A model generated the notes under the pieces. That model searched no databases and was not told the origin of the DNA. It saw only the letters and a list, made by a program, of their open reading frames with translations. A stretch of DNA of 64,000 nt from Victivallales bacterium. Lineage in GTDB: Bacteria; Verrucomicrobiota; Lentisphaeria; Victivallales; UBA1829. Location of the stretch: contig JAEEQN010000002.1 of assembly GCA_016285345.1 (NCBI GenBank), positions 18,290 through 82,289 of the forward strand, written 5' to 3'. Positions 1-8,352 of the stretch are shown here, piece by piece (the first letter of the stretch is position 1; each line of letters starts with the position of its first letter). Both the position numbers and the translations under genes were made by a program.

Positions 1-1
1 C

Positions 2-1570
2 GCCTACGGGCATACGCTCGGCGTGATCCGCAGATTCAGCGGCATCGTGATCATCCTGATCTTCGCCGGGTGCTTCCTTATCATGCGCATGGTCCTGCCG
101 AACGTGAGCATGTCGTTCATCCCGGACAACGACAAGGGCGAAATCTCCATCGAACTGGAATTCCCGGCAAATTACAGCATTGATGAGACACGCGCCTGCA
201 CGCTCGCCGTTCTCAAGGACGTCCAGGCATTGCCGTGGGTGGTGAAGACCGGCGTGACCGTCGGCTACCGCAACGTGATGCCAGGCCAGGTGCCGGAGGG
301 CGTCCATCTGGCGGAGATCGCGATCATCGGCAAGCAGAAGAGCGAACGCGAGCCGATGCACGCGCTTGTGACGCAAATTCACAATCTTTTGAGCACGAAA
401 TACGAAAACGTGCTGTATTCGCTGACGCTCCCGAAGGCGACCGGTGTGTCCGGCGTGGATATGACGGCTTTTGTCTCCGGCGACGACTTCGACAAGCTGG
501 AGGAATACGCCCTGCTCGGCGCGAAAATCCTGCGCGAATCCGGCATGGCGCAGGATATCGACACCAGCGTCCGCACGCGCAAACCGCGTATCGTGCTGAA
601 ACCGAACCGCACGATTATCAAGGACCTCGGCGTGGACGCCTCCACGCTCGGCACTTCGCTGGTCGGCTACTACGAAGGCATCGAGTCCGGCACGTTCAAG
701 GTCGGCGGACGCAGCTACGACATCCGCGTGAAGACCGAGGACGTCCCCGGATTCGACCAGGCCGCGAACATCGTCGCCGGATCCGTCAACGGCAAGCCGA
801 TCGACCTGGACGTGGTCGCGACGCTCGAAGCCGACCCGGTCTCCATCGCGCTGATGCGCGAGGACAAGCTGCGCGGCGGCTGGATTTACGCGAACCCGGC
901 TCCCGGCTACACCATGAACGACGTGATGCAGCTGCTGGAACGCAAGCTCGCGCCGCGGCTGGACCAGGGCTACGAACTGAAGTTCTTCGGTCAGGCGGAA
1001 ATGATGCGCGACGGCGCAAACGAGTTCGTCTCGGTCTTCGCCATCGCCATCATCATGACCTACCTGCTGATCGCCGCGCTGCTCGAATCCTGGACGCGCC
1101 CGATCATCATCATGTTCACCGTGCCCCTCGGATTCGTCGGGCTCTTCCTGATCATCTTCCTCGCGCATTCCTCGCTCTCCATGGTCGGCATGCTCGGCGC
1201 CGTTATGATGATCGGCATCGTGGTGAACAACGCCATCCTGATCCTGGACGAAACGCGCATGCTGGAGCTCTCCGGCGTGACCTCGCACGAAGCCATGACG
1301 CAGGCTGCGAAAAACAAGTTCCGCCCCGTCGTGATGACCTCCATCGCGAGCGTCGCCGGCATGCTGCCGATGGCGTTCGGGCGCGGCCTCGGCTCCGAAC
1401 TCCGCTCCAGCTGCGGACTCGGCGTAGTCGGCGGCCTTGCCTTCGCTTCCGTCCTCACCGTCTACCTGATCCCGGCGCTGTTCTACAAGTTCGTCTATGA
1501 CACCGCGCTGCCGAAGGCGACCATCGGACGCCGTCTGATGTGCTTCTTCGGATTCCGTCCGAAAGCATAA
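2..1570 (+). CDS. RND (AcrB/HAE1-type) efflux transporter permease, C-terminal half; the 5' end lies outside the window
   Basis: The frame is open from nt 2 (AYGHTLG precedes the listed GTG at 23). A periplasmic porter-like segment is followed by a TM helix cluster (PIIIMFTVPLGFVGLFLIIF, MLGAVMMIGIVVNNAILILD, GLGVVGGLAFASVLTVYLIPALF) typical of TM7-12 of RND pumps. Confidence 0.85.
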   Translation, partial: AYGHTLGVIRRFSGIVIILIFAGCFLIMRMVLPNVSMSFIPDNDKGEISIELEFPANYSIDETRACTLAVLKDVQALPWVVKTGVTVGYRNVMPGQVPEGVHLAEIAIIGKQKSEREPMHALVTQIHNLLSTKYENVLYSLTLPKATGVSGVDMTAFVSGDDFDKLEEYALLGAKILRESGMAQDIDTSVRTRKPRIVLKPNRTIIKDLGVDASTLGTSLVGYYEGIESGTFKVGGRSYDIRVKTEDVPGFDQAANIVAGSVNGKPIDLDVVATLEADPVSIALMREDKLRGGWIYANPAPGYTMNDVMQLLERKLAPRLDQGYELKFFGQAEMMRDGANEFVSVFAIAIIMTYLLIAALLESWTRPIIIMFTVPLGFVGLFLIIFLAHSSLSMVGMLGAVMMIGIVVNNAILILDETRMLELSGVTSHEAMTQAAKNKFRPVVMTSIASVAGMLPMAFGRGLGSELRSSCGLGVVGGLAFASVLTVYLIPALFYKFVYDTALPKATIGRRLMCFFGFRPKA

Positions 1571-1576
1571 GAACGC

Positions 1577-1650
1577 GCCGCCGTGGGGCTTGCCTTCCTC
1601 CGTGTCCGAGCGGAGCCGGACACTGCCGCCGTGGAGGGCTTGCCCTCCCC
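1577..1650. repeat. Two tandem copies of a short hairpin-forming REP-like motif (core CGTGGAGGGCTTGCCYTCC) flanking a 7-bp hairpin (GTGTCCG..CGGACAC)
   Basis: Copy at 1577-1601 (degenerate) and copy at 1625-1650. GGAGGGC/GCCCTCC are self-complementary. A third copy lies at 34999-35017. Confidence 0.5.
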
Positions 1651-1688
1651 GAAAACAGCCGAAAGCGTGAAAAAAACGTGAAAGCGGC

Positions 1689-1717
1689 TTGAAAGAAACG
1701 GTTTTTGGTGTATATTA
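1689..1717 (+). promoter_or_regulatory. Candidate sigma70-type promoter for rpmB
   Basis: TTGAAA (1689-1694), 16-17 nt spacer, TG-tATATTA/TATATT (1709-1717), about 60 nt upstream of the rpmB start. Confidence 0.45.
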
Positions 1718-1779
1718 TATGTTACGTTTATCGGAAAAATCATACAAACAATACTCAATATAGCTCGGAGGAACCCATC

Positions 1780-2010
1780 ATGAGCAACGTTTGCGAAATC
1801 TGCGGAAAGCACAAAGTCCAGGGCGGACACATCATCCGCCGCGGTCTCGCCAAGAAAAAAGGCGGTATCGGTATGCACGTCGTGAAAAACACCACCCGCA
1901 CCTTCACGCCGAACATCCAGACCATCCGCGTGGTCGAGAACGGCAACACCGTCCGGAAAAAAGTCTGCACGGCTTGCATCCGGAGCGGAAAAGTCCAGAA
2001 AGCCTGCTGA
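1780..2010 (+). CDS. rpmB: 50S ribosomal protein L28
   Basis: MSNVCEICGKHKVQGGHIIRRGLAKKKGGIG...TFTPNIQTIRV matches the L28 pattern (M-S-x-x-C-x-x-x-GK, RxFxPN). GGAGGA RBS at 1767-1772. The listed ORF start at 1705 is an upstream in-frame extension. Confidence 0.75.
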   Translation: MSNVCEICGKHKVQGGHIIRRGLAKKKGGIGMHVVKNTTRTFTPNIQTIRVVENGNTVRKKVCTACIRSGKVQKAC

Positions 2011-2063
2011 GGAATCCTTTTCCCGGCGCTTCACGGCCTTTGCCTGAATCGCAACACAGAAAG

Positions 2064-2101
2064 CCGCTTCGGACGCAAGCCGGCGTCCCGGAGCGGTTTT
2101 T
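2064..2101 (+). terminator. Rho-independent terminator after rpmB
   Basis: CCGCTTCGGACGC (2064-2076) pairs with GCGTCCCGGAGCGG (2083-2096) with one bulge and one wobble, followed by TTTTT. Confidence 0.6.
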
Positions 2102-2113
2102 GTATTTTAAATT

Positions 2114-2141
2114 TTGACATTCCTTTTTTGTCTGCTATATT
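2114..2141 (+). promoter_or_regulatory. Candidate sigma70-type promoter for the 2238 gene
   Basis: Consensus -35 TTGACA (2114-2119), 16 nt spacer, TATATT (2136-2141). Confidence 0.5.
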
Positions 2142-2237
2142 ATTCTGCATAACGCATTCAATTCCATTTTCACCATTTCATACCGGCCGGGGTACTGAAA
2201 CGTTCCCGGCCGCCTCCAACCAGAAGGAGAAACCGTC

Positions 2238-3107
2238 ATGGCTAAAAGTAAAACCGGTCTGATCTTCAAAATCATCCTCGGCATCCTCGTCGTCCTCATC
2301 GCCCTCGTCGTTGTGGTCATCATCCTGATCGACCCGATTGCGAAGAACGCTTTGGAGAAGGGTGCGCCGCTGGTCCTCGGCACCAACGTCTCCGTGGAAC
2401 GCCTCCACATCGAACCGCTCAAAGGACGCGTGGAGATCACGAACCTGATCGTCGACAACCCGCAGGGCACGTATTCCTCCGAATACGCAATCAAGCTCGG
2501 CGACATCATTGCCGATGTCGACATCAACACCGTCATGAACCACAAGATCCGCATCGAAGAGATGTTCCTGAAGGACGTCGACATCGTTTATGAAACGAAC
2601 GTGCTCAACAGCAACCTGCAGGAGATCCTCGACAACGTGAAGAAGCTCGACACCGCCGAGAAGAAGGAACAGCAGGAGGACGAGGCCAAGGGCGAGAAGG
2701 ATGACGACAAGACGCTCCAGGTCGACCTCATCGAACTCAGCAGCGTCGGTGTCACGGTCCAGGCCAAGGGCGCCGCTACCGGTCTCCCGATCAAGGTCAC
2801 CATCGACCCGATGACCAACCTCGGCACGGATGAGGAAGGCATCACGCCCGTCGGCCTCACGCTCCGCATCCTCGGCGCCATCGTGACGACCGCGATCAAG
2901 ACAGCCGGCGGATCCGTCGGCGATGCCGCCGCCGCGATCGGCGACGCCACGTCCGCGGCAGTCGCCGGCGCTACCAGCGCCGCCGTCGATGCCGCCAACA
3001 ATGCCGTGAACGACGCGACCAATGCCGTCGGCGGCGCCATCAAGGGGCTTTTCGGAGGAAAGAAAGACGATGCCGCCGTCGAAGAAGCCCAGCCGCAGGG
3101 CAACTGA
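2238..3107 (+). CDS. N-terminally membrane-anchored hypothetical protein (AsmA/DUF748-like by eye) with an alanine-rich C-terminal tail
   Basis: 289-aa ORF. GGAGA RBS upstream. One N-terminal TM (IILGILVVLIALVVVVIILI). Acidic EKKEQQEDEAKGEKDDDK linker. Confidence 0.6.
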   Translation: MAKSKTGLIFKIILGILVVLIALVVVVIILIDPIAKNALEKGAPLVLGTNVSVERLHIEPLKGRVEITNLIVDNPQGTYSSEYAIKLGDIIADVDINTVMNHKIRIEEMFLKDVDIVYETNVLNSNLQEILDNVKKLDTAEKKEQQEDEAKGEKDDDKTLQVDLIELSSVGVTVQAKGAATGLPIKVTIDPMTNLGTDEEGITPVGLTLRILGAIVTTAIKTAGGSVGDAAAAIGDATSAAVAGATSAAVDAANNAVNDATNAVGGAIKGLFGGKKDDAAVEEAQPQGN

Positions 3108-3175
3108 TCTTAGACATTCAAAACTGAATCCGCCTGTCCGCTGAACGCGACGGCGGGGAAGAAAGGAAAACACTC

Positions 3176-6130
3176 ATGCGCAAAGCCATTTGCGGTCTGC
3201 TGTTCTTTTTGCTGACTGCCCTGCCGTTCCTCTGCGGAGCCTGGGAGACCAGACAGGCCGTCGACAAAGACGGATTCACCTACGAATACATCCCCGACGA
3301 TCCGTTCTCCACGCGCACCTACGTGCTGGAGAACGGCCTGAAGGTGTTCCTCTCCCGCAACACACTCGAACCCCGCATCACCTCGCTGATCTCCGTGCGT
3401 ACGGGCGGAGCCGATGATCCGGAAGCCTCGACCGGCCTCGCCCACTACTTCGAACACATGATGTTCAAGGGCAACGGCGTGCTGGCGTCGCTGGACTGGG
3501 AAAAGGAGGCTCCGCTGCTGGACAAGCTCGCGGAGCTTTTCGACCAGTACCGCAAGGAAACCGACACCGAAAAGCGCGCGGCCATCTACCGCGAGATCGA
3601 CAAAGTCTCCGGCGAGGCGGCCAAGTATTCCAACGATGAATACTGGACGCTCGTGCGCGGGCTCGGCGCGACCGACACCAACGCCTGGACCGGATACGAC
3701 GAGACGGTCTACATCAACAACATCCCGTCCAACGCGCTCGACAAGTATCTCTACCTCGAATCCGTGCGTTTCTCCTCCATTGCGCTCCGCAGATTCCACA
3801 CCGAACTCGAAGCCGTCTACGAGGAGTTCAACCGTTCCCAGAACAATGACGCCCGCCGCGCTTCCACCGCGCTCCGCAAAGAGCTTTTCAAGTCGCATCC
3901 GTACGGCCGCGACATCCTCGGGTTGCCGGAACACCTGAAGAGTCCGTCCATGAGCGACATCTCGCTTTTCTTCTTCGAGTATTACCAGCCTGCGAACATG
4001 GCGATCATCCTGGCCGGCGACCTCAATTATGAGGATGCCATGCGTTCCGTCCGCAAGTGTTTCGGCGTGTTCCGCACCGACACGGCCAAACAGCAGGAGG
4101 CCCGCAGGATTCTCGGCGAAAGCGGACGCGTCCGCCGCGAAGAGCCCATCGAATCCGTCCGCACCGCGGAAGTGTTCGGACCCGATGCCGAAAGCATCCA
4201 GCTGGCGTTCCGGTTCGAGGCGGACCGCGACACGGAAGTCATGCTGGAGATGATCAACAATATTTTGAATAACAACCTGTGCGGCATCATGGAACTGAAC
4301 CTGGAACTGCCGCGCAAGGTGATGTCCGAATCCAGCGGCGTCCACGCCATGCGCGATTATCTGCTGCACGTTTTCGCGGCGGAACCGGCGCAGGGCAAGA
4401 CGCTCGAAGAGACGCGCGACCTGATCCTCGGCGAGCTCGAAAAACTCAAACGCGGCGAGTTCCCCGACTGGCTGCCCGGCGCGATCGTGAACAACCAGCG
4501 CATGTCGCTCATCACGGTCTCCGAGGACGCCTCCACCGCCGCGCACGTGCTGAACAACGCGTTCATCGAGGGGCGTCCGCTGGTCGACCAGCTGAACGAC
4601 ATCGACGCGATGGAGAAGATCACGAAGGAGCAGATCACCGAGTTCGCGAAGAAGCACTACCGCGACAACTACGTGATCGTCTACAAGCGTCAGGGCGAGG
4701 CGAAGGATATCGTAAAGGCCGTGAAGCCTCCGATCACGCCCGTGCCCGTCCACGAGGATCTTTCCGAGTTCGGACGCAATTTCGAACTCCTCCCCGTCGA
4801 ACCTGAAAACGGCCCGGTTTACGCCGATCTTGAAAAAGACCTGCACATCACGCCGCTGGCCGACGGCATCACCCTTTTTACCTCCAAAAACGACATCAAC
4901 GAGCGGTTCTCCCTCTCGCTCCAGTTCCTCGTGGGAACGCGCATGGACAAGGAACTCGCGCTCGCGCTCGGCTGGATCGACGAGCTCGGCACCGACAAGT
5001 ACACCGCCGAGGAACTCCGCCAGGAATGGTTCAAGCTCGCCGCACGCATGGGGACGTTCGTGGAGACCGACCGCTGCGGCCTCACTCTGAGCGGCCTCCA
5101 GCGCAATTTCAAGGAATCCCTCGCGCTCTTCAACCACGTGATCTCCAACGTGAAGGCCGACGCGGAATCGTACAAGACGCTCGTCGACGCCGTCGAGAAG
5201 AGCCGTGCCGACCGCAGGTCGAGCCGGAGCTCGCGTCTTTCCGCCGCGTCCGGTTACGCGATCTACGGCGGCCCGGAGAACTATTCCGCCGACATCCTGC
5301 CGGTGAAGAAAATGCGCGAGATCGACCCCGAAAAGCTGATCGAGCGCGTCCACGGCCTGCGCGGATTCACGCACGACGTGGTGTATTACGGCCCCGTCGA
5401 CGACAAGGAAGTCAAGGAACTCCTGAGCGATGTCATCGACAAAAACGGCGCGCCCGGCACGTTCCCGAAGACGCGGTTCTTCCAGGCGGTCGAGCCGGAA
5501 GAAGATATGGTCTATGTGGTGGATTATCCCGGCGCGGCGCAGGCGGAGATCGAGGTCATCCGCCTCGACGGGAAATACAAGGAAAAGCCGTATGATTTCG
5601 AGGACATCTATTCCACGCTCGAATCCCGCACGTTCATGAACGAACTGCGCGAACGCCAGGCGCTGGCTTATTCGGTCGGCGCGGGGTATTCCAACCCCGG
5701 ACGCGACCCGAACGGCTATTCCATGTCCTACGGCGCGATCGGAACGCAACACGACAAGTTCTATACCTCGCTCGACGGCGTGCTCGCGCTGCTGAATAAT
5801 CCGGAAACCGGAGCCGCCGCGGCGTTCGAGTCCTCGCGCCAGAACCTGCTTTCCCAGTACCGCAATGTCCGCGTCCAGAAGGAGAACTACTACGGCGTCC
5901 GCCGCACGATGAAGAAGTTCGGCCTGAAGGAGGAGTCGCGCAAGACCGCCTACGAAGGACTGCTCAAAATGAGCATGGAACAGTATCTTGACGAGGCGAA
6001 AACGCGCGTCGCCGGAAAGAAGAACATCATCCTGATCCTCGCCGACCTGAAGCAGATCGACCAGGAGGGGCTCAAAAAGTACGGCAAGGTCCGCATTCTG
6101 GCGCTGGATGAACTCTTCCCGAACGACTGA
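3176..6130 (+). CDS. Secreted M16 (insulinase/pitrilysin family) zinc peptidase
   Basis: 984 aa with a signal peptide. The inverted zinc motif HxxEH is present as GLAHYFEHMMFKG. The length fits a tandem active plus inactive M16 half. Confidence 0.85.
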   Translation: MRKAICGLLFFLLTALPFLCGAWETRQAVDKDGFTYEYIPDDPFSTRTYVLENGLKVFLSRNTLEPRITSLISVRTGGADDPEASTGLAHYFEHMMFKGNGVLASLDWEKEAPLLDKLAELFDQYRKETDTEKRAAIYREIDKVSGEAAKYSNDEYWTLVRGLGATDTNAWTGYDETVYINNIPSNALDKYLYLESVRFSSIALRRFHTELEAVYEEFNRSQNNDARRASTALRKELFKSHPYGRDILGLPEHLKSPSMSDISLFFFEYYQPANMAIILAGDLNYEDAMRSVRKCFGVFRTDTAKQQEARRILGESGRVRREEPIESVRTAEVFGPDAESIQLAFRFEADRDTEVMLEMINNILNNNLCGIMELNLELPRKVMSESSGVHAMRDYLLHVFAAEPAQGKTLEETRDLILGELEKLKRGEFPDWLPGAIVNNQRMSLITVSEDASTAAHVLNNAFIEGRPLVDQLNDIDAMEKITKEQITEFAKKHYRDNYVIVYKRQGEAKDIVKAVKPPITPVPVHEDLSEFGRNFELLPVEPENGPVYADLEKDLHITPLADGITLFTSKNDINERFSLSLQFLVGTRMDKELALALGWIDELGTDKYTAEELRQEWFKLAARMGTFVETDRCGLTLSGLQRNFKESLALFNHVISNVKADAESYKTLVDAVEKSRADRRSSRSSRLSAASGYAIYGGPENYSADILPVKKMREIDPEKLIERVHGLRGFTHDVVYYGPVDDKEVKELLSDVIDKNGAPGTFPKTRFFQAVEPEEDMVYVVDYPGAAQAEIEVIRLDGKYKEKPYDFEDIYSTLESRTFMNELRERQALAYSVGAGYSNPGRDPNGYSMSYGAIGTQHDKFYTSLDGVLALLNNPETGAAAAFESSRQNLLSQYRNVRVQKENYYGVRRTMKKFGLKEESRKTAYEGLLKMSMEQYLDEAKTRVAGKKNIILILADLKQIDQEGLKKYGKVRILALDELFPND

Positions 6131-6142
6131 CCGGGGACAATA

Positions 6143-6760
6143 ATGAATTCCGCGTTCAAAGCCGTTGTCCTGCTCACTGTGGCGACGATTCTCTGTGCCG
6201 CCACGTTCATCCTCGTGCCGCGCCTGCGGAACTCTGCCGCTGTTTCCGACGGGTATGAGTCCACAGATGAAGAAGAAGTATTGGAAGATGAAGCCGAGGC
6301 GGAAAATTCCTTCACGGCGGATTCTTCCGGCACAAGCTCCCCTCGCACGAGGCAGTCCGCGCGGAACCGTTTTCCGGACTCATTTGACGGTGACCGCGAA
6401 CAATCCAAGTTCGATGTGGCGGAAATGCGGAACGAGCTCGAAGAGATGGTCCGTAAATTCCGCGGCACGCCAGAGGAACGTCAGGAAGTGATTGAGGAAT
6501 GCGAGGGCGGGAAAGAGCTGATCCGTCTGTTCGCCGAACTCAGCGAATCGTCTATCGAAAATATGTCGCCTGATGAGTTGGAAAAAGAACGCGAAAATTT
6601 CGAAAAGGAATACCGCGCACAGCTGGATTTCATTCAGACCGGACAGCTTCAGCGTATGCTCAGGACACCCGAGGAAGAGGAAGTCATCGGCAGCACGATC
6701 GAGGCGGTCCAGGAGTTCCTGGAACGGATCGACGGCGCACTTCATTCCGCCGGATACTGA
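6143..6760 (+). CDS. Hypothetical acidic protein with an N-terminal TM/signal anchor
   Basis: 205-aa ORF immediately after the peptidase. Hydrophobic N-terminus (VVLLTVATILCAATFILV), then Glu/Asp-rich sequence. No recognisable motif. Confidence 0.55.
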   Translation: MNSAFKAVVLLTVATILCAATFILVPRLRNSAAVSDGYESTDEEEVLEDEAEAENSFTADSSGTSSPRTRQSARNRFPDSFDGDREQSKFDVAEMRNELEEMVRKFRGTPEERQEVIEECEGGKELIRLFAELSESSIENMSPDELEKERENFEKEYRAQLDFIQTGQLQRMLRTPEEEEVIGSTIEAVQEFLERIDGALHSAGY

Positions 6761-7164
6761 TTCCGTTTTTTGAGGCATGAGAATAGCGATTTGTTTCAGC
6801 GGTAATTTGCACTCTTTTTTATGAAAATAGTATGGATGAGAGTGCTTTCTATCATCTTTATCCTGATAACAAGTGCTCTTATTATTCTTCTGTTTATGTT
6901 TCCGTTAATTCATTTTTGTTGAATATGATGGCATGTTTTTTTGTCTTTTATGAATAGATACTTTCCAAGTAAGGTATTTCCGTTTTTTTTCTATTTGCCG
7001 AAAAAAAGCCGGATGAAAACGAAAGAAAAAGTGTAAAAAAAAGCTAAAAAATGGTTGAAATGGAAAAAAACGGTTGATTTTTTGTGAATATGATGTATGT
7101 TATTAAAGAGTACGCGGCGCGTACGCCGCAATTTTGAAACAGTGAACCAGAAGAGAAAAAACAC

Positions 7165-7503
7165 ATGGAAATTTCCAATTTCGAAAACGATGGAATAGAG
7201 GTCATCCAGATCAAAGGCCATCTCTCTGCTGAAAATGCGGAAACGCTCCGGTCCAAGTTTCTTGAATTGTTTGCCACACAGCGCAAATTCGTGTTTGATT
7301 TGTCCGAGATGGAGAATCTGGACAGTACGGGGCTTGGAACGCTGGTGTTCTGCCTGAAAAGCTGCACGGAATTCAACGGGACTCTGAAGCTGGCGAACCT
7401 GACGCAGCGTGCGAGAATGATCTTCGAGATCACGAAGGCATTCCGTATTTTCGATATTTACGACGATTTGAGCGAAGCAATCAAGGCCGCCCGCGAGGCG
7501 TAA
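7165..7503 (+). CDS. STAS-domain protein (SpoIIAA-type anti-sigma-factor antagonist)
   Basis: 112 aa. FVFDLSEMENLDSTGLGTLV contains the conserved D-S-[ST]-G-L-G phosphorylatable-serine motif, and the length is typical. Confidence 0.8.
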   Translation: MEISNFENDGIEVIQIKGHLSAENAETLRSKFLELFATQRKFVFDLSEMENLDSTGLGTLVFCLKSCTEFNGTLKLANLTQRARMIFEITKAFRIFDIYDDLSEAIKAAREA

Positions 7504-7547
7504 CACGCCGTTTTGTCTGAAGCGGCGTATCGGCCAAGGAGGCTGAA

Positions 7548-8351
7548 ATGAGGCTGAACAGCCTGGAATCAGCGAATCGTGAAATGAGCGTATCCCGCCG
7601 GATACAGGACGCAAGCACGTCCGGGATTGATATGGCATCCGGTATGGGCGGTCTTTGCATGTTGCCTGATTCCCTGTCTTCTTCTTCCGGTTTCTTCCCG
7701 AAAACCCGCGCGCGCCTCAAAAAACGCATTCGCATTTGCTCCATGGACAGCGGCCGGATTTTCAAGCGGGGGATGGATGTGTGCGGCAGTTTGGCCGCGA
7801 TCATTCTGCTTCTTCCGCTTTTTCTGGCCGTCGCGGTCTGGCTCAAGCTTGATTCCCCCGGGCCGCTTTTTTTCCGTCAGGTCAGGATCGGACTGCATGG
7901 GCGTCCGTTTTATTTTTACAAGTTCCGTTCCATGTATATTGATTCCGAGGCGCGACGTGCCGCGCTTGAAAAGACAAACGAGTCGAAAGACGGCGTGATT
8001 TTCAAAATGAAAAACGACCCGCGCATTACAAGGTGCGGCCGGTTCATCCGGAAATACAGCATCGACGAAGCGCCGCAGTTTTTCAATGTTCTGCTTGGCG
8101 ATATGAGCCTGGTGGGACCGCGTCCGCCGTTGCCTGCCGAGGTCGCGCAGTATTCGCTCGACGACCGGAAGCGCCTGGATATTCTGCCCGGGATCACATG
8201 CATCTGGCAGATTTCCGGCCGGAGCGATATTCCGTTCCGGGAACAGGTCGTGCTGGACAAGGAGTATATCCGGGGGCAGGGATTCTGGAAGGACGTCCTG
8301 ATTCTGTTCAAGACGGTCCCGGCCGTGCTGACGGGGAAGGGGGCGTACTGA
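7548..8351 (+). CDS. Monotopic phosphoglycosyl (bacterial sugar) transferase, initiating enzyme of the polysaccharide locus
   Basis: KRGMDVCGSLAAIILLLPLFLAVAVWLKLDSPGPLFFRQVRIG...YKFRSM...IDEAPQFFNVLLGDMSLVGPRPP...PGITCIWQISGRS are the hallmark motifs. A start at the internal ATG 7743 (202 aa) is as likely as 7548. Confidence 0.85.
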   Translation: MRLNSLESANREMSVSRRIQDASTSGIDMASGMGGLCMLPDSLSSSSGFFPKTRARLKKRIRICSMDSGRIFKRGMDVCGSLAAIILLLPLFLAVAVWLKLDSPGPLFFRQVRIGLHGRPFYFYKFRSMYIDSEARRAALEKTNESKDGVIFKMKNDPRITRCGRFIRKYSIDEAPQFFNVLLGDMSLVGPRPPLPAEVAQYSLDDRKRLDILPGITCIWQISGRSDIPFREQVVLDKEYIRGQGFWKDVLILFKTVPAVLTGKGAY

Positions 8352-8352
8352 T

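Noticed and set aside
3110-5752. An 880-aa minus-strand ORF, and similar very long antisense ORFs: 20650-22710 +, 23446-25752 +, 26912-29152 -, 34967-36394 +, 53856-56378 +, 58152-60662 -, 17568-19175 +, 2178-3173 -.
   Set aside because: Each lies exactly opposite a gene with clear family motifs (M16 peptidase, GldG fusion, alaS, metY, kinases, RNase R, amidase). Their translations are Arg/Gly/Ala/Val/Asp-rich with no motifs. These are typical shadow ORFs of high-GC DNA.
6821-6922. A 33-codon hydrophobic mini-ORF (MKIVWMRVLSIIFILITSALIILLFMFPLIHFC) in the AT-rich region upstream of the EPS locus.
   Set aside because: There is no recognisable RBS. AT-rich DNA readily yields Ile/Leu/Phe-rich ORFs by chance, and the length is too short to support without conservation or ribosome-profiling data.
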